Assembly: GCA_050084985.1 (NCBI GenBank)
Contig: JBITNC010000001.1
Coordinates: 5,394,001-5,458,000, forward strand
Reading direction: 5' to 3'
Source of the DNA: Nageia nagi
Taxonomy: Eukaryota; Plantae; Pinophyta
DNA length: 64,000 nucleotides
Each line of letters starts with the position of its first letter. Within the stretch, counting starts at the first letter, position 1. The notes beneath the pieces were generated by a model. It did no database searches. It worked only from the letters and a program-made list of their open reading frames with translations, and was not told the origin of the DNA. Shown piece after piece: positions 51,328 through 64,000 of the stretch. The position numbers and the translations under genes are program-made.

Positions 51328-53437
51328 GTAATGATAATCAACACATGTCTTATATACAACAAGTTACTATAAGTTTTTGGTATGGCATCTTTGTGATGAC
51401 ATATAGTGCACCATTGATCAGTTCACGATGGTATTTATGTGATTCATCTATCCTTGTTGATATGAATATGATGCATCTAATTGATCTTATTATTTGAGCT
51501 GCTGATGACTTGCAAGTTCTTCTAAGATTGTAGGTTACTTACCTCAGGTATGCAAGCTCTTAGAGACTCTTCATGACTTCCAGTTAGATGACTACTTCAT
51601 GTACATTGAAATCGATTGTGGTTAATGATTGTATTTGGCAAAGTAGTGAGTCTCAAACTAGATCTTTCTTACTTCACAAATATGCAAAAATTTCTCATCT
51701 TTGTTGTATCTATTTGGAGGAGAACTCTCTTACTTTCTCTTCTTCTTCTCTCTTACTCACTCTATCCCAATATTACATTAAGGGGGAGTGTTGGAATGTA
51801 TAATGCATTATTGTAAAGGTTGTATTAAATATTTTATGTAAATTCACTAATACTTAAGGGTATCATTTGATACCTTAAGTATTTAAGTGAATATGATAAT
51901 GTAACTTGTCCTACACTTTATGTCATGAGGCTGCCCCTTGGATAAAAGGATGTGCATGTCATGCTTTTGTACATTAGATAAAAAGGTGATCCAAAGAGAG
52001 ATTTTAGCCTATAAATAGAAGGCTCTCTCTTTGTGATCACACACCAAATTGTGGAGTAAAGTTATGCTATAAGATAGAAGTGTAGGAATTAATATTAGGA
52101 GGATTGTAAGAGGGTTGTATTTGTGATTGAAGTAAAGATCTAGTTGGTGTATGTACTCCTAGTTGGAGGAACCACTTTACATCTTGTGTTGTGAGATTGC
52201 TTTGTGAGTTTGTTAGATGTAATTATGAGCTTTCATGTAATATTGGTTAATTAAAAATTATCTTGTTAGTGTTAATTCCTTCAATATTTCAAGTAATTCC
52301 TTATTAAAAATATTTAGCAAGATTAGTTTTACTCAAAATAGAGGGAGAAAATATTATTTTTTGCTAAGCTAAAATCTTTGCTAAGTTAATAGTGAAATCA
52401 TTTAGCAATTTTTTTTAATAATTTAGCTAAGATAATTTTTGCTAAATTAATTTTTTTGAATCTCTTAGCATTTTTTTAAGTTAATCTTGCTAAATGTATG
52501 AGTTTTAAGGGGGAAACTCCTTGTCATAAATGCATGCAAGAACTAATTATGTATACATTTTTCAATAAAAAGGGGGAGAATTTCTCATTTTGTTACTTAA
52601 AAATTTATGAACCTATGTAAAGAGTTCCACTAGGGGTTGTGAAAAAACCCATTGAACTCTCAAATTCATTCTAATGGATGATGTTTGGATGAAGTTTCAT
52701 TTTAAAGCACTTTATGAATATTTATCTTATATACTTTGCAAATCATGCAAAAAATGAAAGTGCAACCACCAAAAATGAATACATCCAACATTTTTTATTC
52801 TGTAAGATGACTTGTTTGAGGAGCCATGAGGTGAAGATAAGGTAGATTGGAGCCTATTAGTTTGTCAATCCAAGTGGTGAAAAGTCTATACTTCTCAATT
52901 GCTCCTAAGTCCTCTGTTAGTCTGGATATAACTCCATATAGGTGGATAGGCATGTGTGCAGTGATACCACATGTTCACACATTTATTCAAGGATTATCCT
53001 AATAACCTAGGAGGAAAACTAATAACCTAATAAACATAATTAATTTGGTTGATCTAATAAATGTCAAAACCTTAAAAAATAGCTAGTACTTCTCCGTATG
53101 AGAGTATATTGCTGCTTAAGGGGAATTGGTTGAGGATTGGTAAGACCTAGGCTCCACCTTAAAAGTATTTAAGTGAAAGCCTAATTCATGAAAAAATAAC
53201 CTCAAAATTACTCCTTTCATTGGTTATATGGTGATAATAAAATTTTGGATATATGGATATCTAATTATGCACATGTTGATTATTCTTGCTCATGTATGAT
53301 GATGCAAATGATTTATGCAAATAACCATTTTTATGGATTATGATGAGAACATGCACATTAATCTATGTAGTTGTGAATCTTGTATCATTGATTAAATGAT
53401 AACTCTTATTAAAATTATGATAGTACTCTTGTTGATA

Positions 53438-53650
53438 TCCATAGTTGAAAAGTTTTTATGGAATAGTTAAAAGGTCTGCCCTTCTCCATAGTTGCAAATT
53501 TTTTGATGGGGTATTTAAAAGGTTCGCCCTTCTCTATAATTGTAAATTTTTGATAGAGTAGTTAAAAGGTTTTCTCTTCTCCATAGTTGCAAATTTTTTA
53601 ATAGAATAGTTAAAAAGGTTTTCCCTTCTCCTTGATTGAAAATTTTTGAC
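53438..53650 (+). repeat. ~47-bp tandem repeat, ~4.5 units, inside Copia B
   Basis: Approximate unit TCCATAGTTGCAAATTTTTGATRGARTAGTTAAAAGGTTTKCCCTTC. Confidence 0.85.
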
Positions 53651-56600
53651 TTATTTTCTCTATAATTATGGAGAAGTTAACTTATGGCTTGTTAAGATGA
53701 CCTTAGTAGTGACATAGTTAAGTCAACATTATTGTATTTAAGGCATTAAAGAATTTTTTTTTATTATCTTATAAATTTAGAAATTTATCCAATAAAAATT
53801 TGATACAAGATTGAAGCATAAATATTTGTTTATTAATTTTGCAAAAGTTCCACTGAAATGCCTATGTGGATAACTACTCTAAGTAGAATTGCCTACATGA
53901 TTGAGATATTTGGAGTTAGAACTCTCAAGATTTGTGATAGGTGAACTAGGAATATTGAACAAAGTAGCATGAGTGATCAAGAAAAAATGACACCTAATAT
54001 CAAAAAATGGGTAGTACACCCATTGATCCCCTTCTCAAGTTAGTCAAGAAATATAAGTGGACTCCCAGTGAAAATCATGTTGCTATACTGTGAATGTAAT
54101 GGTATAGGGGTGGTAGTACTCCTAAGGATGCAACATGTTAGGACCTGCATAATGTAGAAAATGAAAGACAAACGATGTTCAAGAATACTAAAGGATGATC
54201 TTCCACATCTAGTTTGGACATAAAATAAGTGTGATTATGAGGTGCAACTAACCAACATCCTTCAAATGATGGATAAAGTAGATGGCCCATCGATAGGGAA
54301 TTCAAGAACCTTGTATGTGAACCAGGTTTTGTTGTAAAGTAATCTATAGCATAGTGCAAGCACGTTGTATGACTTGACTTTGAATGCATCGATAAAGAAC
54401 TTCTTGGGGAAGATCGATGTGAAGACCATGGAAAATGGTCATATCCATGATGAATGAAAAATGAGTCAAATCTCTATCAGGGTATCATAAATAAGTTGAA
54501 AGTGATAGTGATCAAATATAATAAAATGAACTTATAAAATTGCAAAATAACTAGATCATTAATCATAAATGGGAACATTAAAATGGATCAAGCACGAAAG
54601 CATAAAGACCAATGTAACAGTGTAGTTGACCATTAATTGATTAGTCAAATATGTGAGATATGAATTGCATACTTTATTAAAAAGTTAGAAAAGATTCCCA
54701 CTAACAAGCCCAAATGGGTGGAGCTTACAAAGTATTTGGAACTTGGTATGGTGAATGGTCATTAGAATTAAAAGAATTAGCATCATCTTTAGATGCACTA
54801 GAATTTGATGTACCAAATTATAAAAGATATTGATGTGAAAGAGGTGGAAAGTGATAAGAAAAAGATCAATGATGTAAAATTTGATGTCTACCTCACCAAG
54901 CAACACAAAAAGGGTAAGTGGATGACCACTATAGACTATGCTAACAAACTACCCATGAAATAGTGAGTGGTTTGAAATACTCATGTGGATGCAAGGAAGG
55001 TGATCTGATGTAGCATATGAATTACAAAAGATAACAATTGAATTGGGTATAGACCATTCTATGCCATGTGCAATGCGGTCAACTAAGCAAATGAAATAAT
55101 AGGTGAACATGATCATCATGATTAAGATGAAGGATCATGCAAATGCCATAATGATCATCTAGATACAATTAAAGAAATACAAGTTGCTATTGCAATAAGG
55201 CATCAAGGTGATAAAAGAGTGATTCTCTAATGTTGCATGAATGCTTCGATGGACTGTGTTATCTAGGAGATTGCTTGGTAGGGCATGAAACTAAGAAACA
55301 TCGATGAAGGCTAATAGAAAAAGGATTTTAGCGAAAATCATAAATACAAAGTGTTGAATGAAAAGTGAGGATCATTTATGGCTATTTATAATGAAAAAGA
55401 CTTGATATGATCAAAATATAATAATTATGACAACTAGAGAAAAGGATTTGTTGGATAATGAATTTGTGAAGATAAAAATATCTCATCTTCAAATATTTTA
55501 ATTAATTGGATGCCATACATGTAATCTCATGTTAGGATTGCAATAATGATAGTACTAATAAGATATGTGATGACTATGTGATAGTGGTATCATTGGGCTA
55601 TTTTCTCTCTCATCTTGACTATTAAATGGGATAATTTTAATCATGAGTGATAGGTTGATCATCATGAATCCCACTGAGAATTTTATCATAAACATGGGAA
55701 TTACTTCCTTGAATTCTGATGAGGAAATAATCGTATGGGTAGACTTAGAGAATTCCTACCTTTGCCATGAACTAGCTACAACAAAGGTCAAGATGAAGAT
55801 AATGGCCTAGAATTATGATATGATGCAAAGAGAAAAAGTTGTATGTGTAGGGTATTACAATGATCTCTTGGCTAAGTAAAATGAGCTGTAGATAAGAAAA
55901 ATATGTGGGAAATACAAGCAAAAGAGTAATAGATACAAATTAGGCATGATGCAAGCAATAACTACTGCAGGATGTAATGATTAAAAAAAAAGTGGAAGAA
56001 AAGGGCATCCATGTATGAGGATATCCTTTGACACTTTGGTAGTTGCATTCCAAAGGAAATAGCATTTAAACCTTTTGTGGGTTCTAAAGAAGATGAACCA
56101 TAATCTTAATCACTGCAATCGAATGCTCTAGTATGGAATGGACTTTCCTACTCAAAATCCAAGTATCCTTTATTCACTAAGCCCCTTTCTGAAGTTGGGT
56201 TGGTGAAGTATTTATCAAGGGAGAGTATTGGTTGAATTTTTTATTCATTATTTTAATATGTATGAGGTCATTGTTGATGACTCATATTCAAAACCCAAGC
56301 ACATTTTATAATGTAACTACTTTTTTTTTTTAAAATAAAGGTGTATGAATAAGTCACTATTTATAGTGCATCATAAATCTAAGCATATTTTTTGAATTCT
56401 TGTATGGTTTACTATAAGTATTGGCTTGGCATCTCTGTGATGACTTATAGTGCACCATAAATTCAAGCACACTTTTGAATTCATCTTAAATTCTTGTAAT
56501 ATGGTTGACTTTAAGTATTTGCTTGGCATCTTCATGATGACTTATAGTGCAACCCAAATCTAAGCACATTATTTCAAAGAGAAAGTTCTTGATGAAACAA

Positions 56601-57978
56601 CTACAACACTGTTCATCTAACTTTATCTCTCTTGATTTATTCACTAGACCACTTCAGAAACTATGTTGTGCACACTTTAAAATTTTCTTATAGTTAGTGA
56701 AGTTATCCTCAAGGGGCAGTGAAGTTTGAATTCTTGTATTAAATTCATGTTGGTGATGACAACTTCATCTTTAGGAGTATTTTTTATTGTATAATTTTGA
56801 TCTTTATGTACATCTTCATGGTTAGTTTGCTCTGTGTGAGGAAATATTATACAATTTTATTACCTTCATGGTTAGTTCACTCTATGTGAGGAACTATGTT
56901 GAGCATATTATGTACACCTTTGTAATGCAATATTTTGAATTAATATTCTTCAATGTAAACTCATAAATGCTTAAAGTATCATTAGATACCTTTAAGTGTT
57001 TAATGAATATTATATTATGGAACCTTAACCTTACCCTTGAGTAAAAGGGAGGTTAAGGTGGGTATTTAATCCTATAAATAGAGGGCCTCCCCTCTTGTAA
57101 ATCACACAAGTTTTAGGAGCAAGGTTATGCTCATGGTATGGTTGTAGGAATGTAGATTGTAAGAGAGTGCACCTTAGAGTAATGAGATCTTAGTTAGTGG
57201 GCATACTCCCAAGGAGGGAGGAACCACTTTATATTGTGTCTCTTATGTATCGTATGTGAGATTGGCAATTGTTGTTATGCTTATGTTTAGTTAGAGTTGA
57301 GTGTATTCTACAAGTGATCTTGATGATTAGAAATTAATTAGGAAAGAATTGATTCCACAAAAAGCATTGATGCTGATAAGACTTCCCACATGATGGATCA
57401 ACAATGGTGTCCAAACTACAAGGTAGGTGTAACCCCTCACAATCCCGTTGATCCCCTCCACTTATTAGTGCATCACATCCCATCATCCTTGGGGCTAAGC
57501 TTGTGCTAGAACTTTGATCACTATCAAAGCTACAATCTGTGCCAAACTTTTCCCATATTAAGTGAAATAAAAACTTCCAACCTACCTGACACATCATAAT
57601 GACAACACATAAAGTTCCATAATTTTGAATCTGTTGGCCCTAATGATGATACAAGGTGGACATTCTTCTAACTGCCACATGTAGTCCTCCACATCCCTTT
57701 GGTCTAATCAACCATAAATTTTTCCCCCATGGGACCCACATTCCTAATTGATGAAGACCAAACCCATGTAGATTTGAGTGAGCAACCAGCACCATCAGAT
57801 CCTAACATCTAGAGATAAAATCCATCCAAGTGTACCTTCAATTCACCTCAAACCATTTGATGATCTAACCTTTTTAAAAATTACTACCATCCTAAGAATT
57901 AAAAACTTTTTATAAGATGAGCCCTGCTAATAATTCAAATTCTAAAAATAATGGTACCAATCCTCCTCACACCAAGCC

Positions 57979-60900
57979 CTAACCTTCTTGACCATCTTTG
58001 ATAGCTAAGAACACCAAATATTCTAGGAAATCATTCTCCCAAACCCTAAGATCTACCGTGCCCATTGGTTCATCTACAATTCTATCAACCAAAAAGTTTG
58101 CCTCTTGGAAGTTATATCGGATAATGACATTCTCGATTCCTTCTAGAATTCTTCTAGCCTTAATGATCATGAATTTGATATCCCACCTTGGAGGGAGGAG
58201 ATTGTGGAGACTGTTAATCACATTAAGAGAGTCCCCAATGAGAATAATATTTTTATAGTTTAATCTTTCAAGTATACTTAGACTGATAAAATTCACCCTA
58301 GCTTTAGCAAAATGACTTGTTTGACACCCCAACAGTTCAACAACTAATAAAATAATTTTTCACCTATGCTATCTAACAACACCTATCGCACTTACAAGAC
58401 CTAGATTTTCCTTTGAAGAGCCATCCAACCAGGTGATGAGTCAAATGAGCTATCTTTTGAGGATGTTGAACCAACTAATCCACCCTCCTTTCTAATCCAC
58501 AACTTGATAGAATTAGAGCTTCTTCAGGGACCTCCTAAACTTTCTTAAACTTAAAACATAAACAAGTTGTTTTTAATGAAATTGGTAATTTTTAAAACAA
58601 GGTAATAGACTAGGAGGCTAACATCCTAGAACACCCTATAGTTTCTTTCTTTTTGGAATCCCCACCATAAATGCAAAATATGGAGATCCCAAAGTCTTCT
58701 CAATCTAGTGCTAAAAAGGGATTCTCCCATTGTTGAAGTAAGTCACTAAGTCACTAAGTATCCTTAGTGCCATCCAGTCCAAATGGAATTATTGTAGAAT
58801 AAGATGTAATCATTCAACAATGTCGTCATAATGGATTAACAAATGTTTAATCGATTCTTCTTAATTTTGATACAAAATACATCTATTTTCCATACCAAAG
58901 CCCCTTATTTATAGGTTGTCCATCATAAGGATTTTGTTCTGAGTAACCACCCAAGAAAAGAAATAAATCTTTGATATAAGGTTCTTGACCCACACCTTTA
59001 AAGCCAAATTCTAATCAAGAAAGCCAACCACCATAAGCATATAGGCTGAATTAACTAAGAAGGCTCCATGATTCTGCTCGCCCCAAATAAAGGAATCCTC
59101 CTGACATAAAGTTAGGGTATAAAATTTAAGCTTCTTATTCAGAACATGCAAATATTCTTTATGGGATTAAGAGGTATGATCAAGAGTTATAAGTTTCCAT
59201 TTTTGTCTCTCCTCCATGGAAATGAAATCACCAACTTTTTCTCCAAACTTGTGGGTGAGCTCTCTTCTTAAAATAGAAAAAATATCATGCTCCTAGAGAG
59301 GGGTTTTCTGAAGCCAACTATCATGCCAAAATTGAACTTTCCTTTGAATACCATTCCAAAAGGCAAAACCCAACCTTGGATTAATCTCTTTTAGAAATAG
59401 ATAATTTGGGAGATACTTAGCTTTGACAGTTTCCACCTAGGTATTCTCTACACCAGTGGCTACCTTCCAAGCCATCTTACTCATTAAAGCAAGATTCATT
59501 TTTTAAATATTTTTGACCCCTAACCCCATTGTCTAAAATTTAAACAAACCTTCTTCTAAGAAACTAAATCCATCCTTTTTTTCTACTCAACACCAGTCTA
59601 TAAGAACTCCCTTTGAATTTAGATAAGTCTATCTAACACTTTCTTTGGAATTTTGAAAATAGACATATAATACATTGATAAGCTTTGTAAAATTGACTTA
59701 ATCAATTGAAGTTTACCTACTTGACTCAAACGAGCATCCTTCTAGCCTACTAACTTCTTCAAAAATATTTCAATAACTGGGTCCCAAAACTCTTCCTTCA
59801 TCCCTCTGCTAAAAAGAGGCATACCCAAATAGGTGGTTGGCAATTCCTCAATAACACAGTGAAAAATATTTTTCACTCTTTATTGAACAATCCTTCCTAT
59901 GTTAAGGAAGAACAAATTACTTTTTTCAAAGTTTATCTTTTGACCAGCCACCTCTTCATACAGATCTAGACTTTATTTGATACAGTGAGCTTGGGGATAG
60001 AATATCTAGAGAAGATTAAGGTATCATCCACAAACTGTAGGAGAGAAATAGAAAGAAGATCCCTGGTAGGTTTAATACCATCAATCAAGCCCACATAAAT
60101 AGCCACTTGAATACTTTTTCCTAAATCTTCAACAAGAATTATAAAAATAAAGGGAGACAAAGGATCACTCTAAAGAAGATCCTTTTTACCAAGAAAATAC
60201 CCTGCTACTTCCCCATTAATGAGCATAGAAAAGGTAGTGGTATAGATACATTCAAAGACTAAGGCCAGCCAATCCTCTTGAAATCCAAACTTGCATAGCA
60301 CAAGCATCAATAAATTCCAGTCAACTCAAACATAGGCTTTACTGATATCCAATTTTAACAACATGCCATCCCTTCCAAATTTAAAGGTCGAATGAGTTAG
60401 CTCATGGCCCAAAATAATCACATCCAAAATTTGCCTCCCCATAACAAAGTCCCCTTGGTTAGGGCTAATTATATAAGGAAGAATGGACTTTGACATGTTT
60501 ACCATAACTTTTGAAAATATTTTATAGAGGAAGTTACATAGGCTAATGAGTTGAAATTTAGCAAAAGTATTAGCCTTTATCACCATAGGAATTAGAGCTA
60601 TAAAGGTGAAATTCACATCCTTTGGCATAAATTTGGATGCTTGAAACTTTTGAATAGCCAACATAATCTCCAACCCCATAATGTCCCAAAAGGTTTGAAA
60701 GAAACTCCTTGGGAAACCATCTAGGTCTGGTGCCTTAGAGCCACCCATCTCAAAAAAAGCTTCATGAATCTCCACCTTAATAAACTTGCAAGTTAATCGG
60801 CCATTGAGTCTTCCATTCATTAGGCTAGGTATATTGTTGATAAGCTTTTCAACTACTTTATGCTAGGATATTAAACTATGGCCTAGAAGATTAAGAAAGA

Positions 60901-62119
60901 AAGATACCCCTTTCTCATTCATTTTGGTTGGATCTCTAGTAGTAGAACCATCCAACCATTGAATCTCCTTGATACTACACTAAATTCAATGTATTAGAGT
61001 AGAAACATAAAAAAAATCATGTTCCTATCACATGCTTGAAGCTAATTGATCCTAAATTTTTATTTCCATATAATCTCTTCTTGTTCTAAAGTAGTATTAC
61101 ATTCATTTAAGGTATCCTTTTCCAATCTCTAGAGCTCTTAAGAGCAACCTTGAACTTGAATTTGTTCTTCTAGGGATATGATTTTCGCTTGGAGATCATC
61201 TTTCCTTCTAGAGATGAGACTAAAGGTTTCTCTATTCCAAACATTGAGATTCTTCTTGATAAATATTAGCTTTTTGGCTATTTGAGTTAGAGGAGAACCA
61301 AAAAAGCTATAATGACACCATACTCTAATATGTTCTTCCAGGATCTCATGGGTAAGCCACATATTCTCAAAATGAAATGGGGCATTAAATTATCTTTTAT
61401 GTTCTTGAGTTTATAAAGGCAACAGGTTATGGTCTGATCCATTCTTCAAGTAACCTAAGAGAGTGGAATCCCTAAACCTACAAATGCAATCCTTATAAAT
61501 AAGGATTCTATCAAGTTTTTGTTGAATATGAGAGGCCCCACACCTACCATTAGTCCAGGTGAACTTGACTCTCTTCAACTCCAGATCCAAAAGATTATTT
61601 TCATTAACAAATCTAGCAAAATCTTGCATACCCTTAATGAATCCCTCAACCCCCCTTGCTTCTTAGAAGGGAACAAGTGAACAAGGAAACATTGAAGTCT
61701 CCAACCATAATCCAACTCAACCCCTTAAAGGCTTCCCACATTTGATTAAGAGAAGACCACAAAACTTTCCTTCCTGCACATATAATAGGGGCATACACAT
61801 TTGTAACAATAAAGTTCTCCATAGTAACTAAAGAAGTGAAAAAAAATAAGCAAAATCTTGGACTAGATATAATGACTCTACCATCCAATTTAGTTCTATC
61901 CCATAAACACAAAATACCTCTAGATTTACCGACTGCATGAATCATAAAAAAATCTTCCTATCTCCAAAGGATATTTTTAATAGAAAGAGCCTTACCTTTA
62001 ATAATTTTTATTTCTTAAAGAAGGACCACCTCAAGTTTCAGTTCCCTCTTATAAGCCAAAAAACTTTTGTGTCTTTTGAGGGCACAAACACCCCTTCCAT
62101 TCCATAAAAGGATTCTCAT
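57979..62119 (-). pseudogene. LINE F ORF2 (AP endonuclease, RT, zf-RVT, RNase H), disrupted
   Basis: MRILLWNGRG start; WIMVGDFN; FTWTN; GSDH; KAPDLDGF; LKLDISKAY; LQFVDDTL; RNase H IGDSLNVI...EANFLVD. Confidence 0.92.
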
Positions 62120-62123
62120 TGCT

Positions 62124-63762
62124 TCATATATTTACTTTTCTTCCCTCCACCCCCAAAGAGGGTAGCTTGGGAACCTTTAGTTATATTTTCTTTTATTTCT
62201 CAATTATGTAACACTCCTTTAGATGGTCTTCTCAGAAGATCCTTTCCAACTAATCCATGGAGTTTCTTCTTCTTCTTTTTGTTCTTCCAACTTGAAGTAA
62301 CAACCACATTTTCTTCTTCATAATTCAATTCCTCATATTCATCTTAGAACTTGCCCCCCATAGGCTGAGCGAGGGAAGTAGCAAGAACATATGGATTCTT
62401 TTCCACCTAGACTACCTACCCCGAGCTAGGTTCCAAAGGGGGTGGAAACTATGTTTCACGAACTCTATCCAAAGCTTCAATTAACACACCCATTATAGGA
62501 TCTTCTACTTCTTGAGTTTGAAACACAATATCCCTTTCTCCTTGGTATTCTTCCTCTAACACTAGAATCTCTTCCTTAGAGGAGGAATCCTTAAGGTCCC
62601 CCTCATTTTTCTTTACAATATAATTAGCCACTTATTTGTCTTCCATTAGGGTAATCAAAGCTTCTTCTAATAATGATCCTAGCCTCACAATTTCCAGTGC
62701 TTTATGATACAGCAATTTCTCTTTTGCCAAAGGCCCCTTAGATTGATCCTTTAGGATAGTGAAATCATTACAAGTGGTGGCTCCCTTGAGTACCCTCTTA
62801 TCACTCGAGCTTGAGGTTTCACCAACTTCTACTCTTTGGGTATTTCCTATCCAACCTTGTTGCTTCTTCATCCTCTTTTCCAGTTATTTCTAGGGACACC
62901 AAGAGGAGGGTTCTCGTACTCAATCGGTTGAGACCAAACTCTTAACTCTAAGACTAATTCAATATATTTTGAAAGGTTTGAAGAAGGAAATATACTAACA
63001 CAATCTAGGAAAGATCATATGAGATTTTGCTATGGGAGCCTTATCAATGGTGATAAGATTTCCAATCCAGTTCCCAATCCTTGCTAGGATTTCATCATGC
63101 CAAAACTAAAATGAAAGGCCTTGAAGTCTAACCTAAATAGGTACAGAAGTAATGACTTGTACATTAATATTGACATCTAAATTCCATTTGATAAAAAATA
63201 AAGCCTATTATCCAAACATCCAAGGTCCCCCAAATAACACTTTTTAAAGGTCCTACCCCATGTATAACTTGATAAAAACTAACCCATTTGGAAGGGCCAT
63301 GATATCAAATCATCCTTTCATTTTCATTTTTGAAAAGCCCATTCTTGAATTGAAATATTTTTAGGTCCCAAAAAATTTCCCATGAGATTCAAAGCACCTT
63401 CCTTCATAATGATCTTAATGATATCTAGGGGGATAGTAAGCTTTCCTTTCAAGGCTCTGAGATTAAAGTAGGAAGCTAAAGGTGTTACGTTGGACCCTTG
63501 AGCCACTTGAGCATAAGATAATTTTTTTTTATTTTATTGGATGTTCATCTAAACATTCCATAGAATTTGGGATCTTGAATTCAACCTTAACATACAAAAC
63601 CAAATCAATGATAGGCTTACTTGTAGGAACCCCAAGTTCTAGAACACTAGAATCATACCCATCCCCTCCACCTCAATCTGGCACCTCGCCAAAACCACCT
63701 AGATCATCCACCCCAACCACATGGGCCACCTCACTCTCCACTTACTCCACATGGCTCTCCAT
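62124..63762 (-). pseudogene. LINE F ORF1 (DUF4283-type), disrupted
   Basis: MESHVE...EGALNLMGNFLGP...IQEWAFQK...GGPWMFG; same family as 17258-18970. Confidence 0.8.
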
Positions 63763-63925
63763 CTCCTTTTGTCTTCATCAAATCTATTGATAGTGAAACT
63801 TTTGACTACTTTCTAAGCTTCCTCTCATGTTCTTTGAATACTTAATGTATTATAAAGGAGTGTGAGAAATAACACATTAGTTAACATTATGTATCTATAT
63901 AAATAATAAATACATTAAAATCTAT

Positions 63926-64000
63926 TGTTGGCGTATGGTATTGTCATTATTATCAAAGGATGCCTTATATGAAGTAAGAAAGAAGTTTTTCTAGAAAAAT
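63926..64000 (+). mobile_element. Start of another LTR (SIRE-like) inserted in the Copia C 3' LTR
   Basis: TGTTGG...ATGGTATTGTCATTATTATCAA resembles the start of the 34746-37041 LTR read on its own strand; similarity to LTR C stops here. Confidence 0.45.

Larger units (their letters stand above)
43987..52283 (+). mobile_element. Copia A, structurally complete (8297 bp)
   Basis: 495-bp LTRs 43987-44481 and 51789-52283 (about 30 differences by eye); TSD ATATT both sides; PBS TGGTGTTAGAGC (44485-44496); PPT AAGGGGGAG (51780-51788). Confidence 0.95.
41569..57359 (+). mobile_element. Copia B, non-autonomous (LARD-like), host of Copia A
   Basis: 5' LTR 41569-41954 (5'-truncated) with PBS TGGTATCAAAGC (41957-41968); 3' LTR ~56920-57359. 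Internal region has no recognisable gag/INT/RT, only RNase H-end relics (~56170-56226, ~56637-56720). Confidence 0.82.
40068..63771 (-). mobile_element. Full-length L1 LINE F (~7.9 kb excluding the nested 41569-57359), with RNase H and an extra 3' ORF
   Basis: Poly(A) seen as T9 at 40068-40076. TSD TCTTCACCAAAT (40055-40066) / TCTTCATCAAAT (63772-63783), which splits the Copia C RNase H reading frame. Confidence 0.82.
33200..63925 (+). mobile_element. Copia C, outer host of the nest (both LTRs partly visible)
   Basis: 5' LTR ~33200-33399 with PBS TGGTATTAGAGC (33400-33411). gag-pol 34709-40066; RNase H resumes at 63772 (IFIKSIDSETFDYF). PPT AAAGGAG, then a 3' LTR from 63861 matching the 5' LTR (TATCTATAT...AATAAATACATTAAAATCTA). 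Confidence 0.8.

Overview
AT-rich, CpG-depleted plant nuclear DNA, most likely a large-genome gymnosperm (inferred from the TE families and intron size). It contains one host gene: six coding exons (exons 2-7) of an AKR4C-type aldo-keto reductase on the + strand (6647-21905). Exon 1 was not found and probably lies upstream of the window. The gene has a 13.7-kb TE-filled intron, an intact D/Y/K/H catalytic tetrad, an in-frame loss of about 16 aa in loop A and a W->Q change next to the catalytic Lys. Most of the remaining sequence is decayed transposable elements, many of which can be bounded by target-site duplications (TSDs). These include a Reina-like chromovirus, a tRNA-derived SINE, a gag-protease-only Tat/Ogre-like element, a hAT remnant, four LINE relics and four solo LTRs with perfect TSDs. 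There is also a nest of at least four levels: Copia C > L1 LINE F > non-autonomous Copia B > full-length Copia A. The most unusual observation is that LINE F, reassembled across a 16-kb insertion using its poly(A) and TSD, carries an extra ~385-codon third ORF relic between RNase H and the poly(A) tail. A second ~750-codon orphan TE accessory-type ORF relic lies at 23.8-26.0 kb. All alignments, counts and family calls were made by eye; no searches were run.
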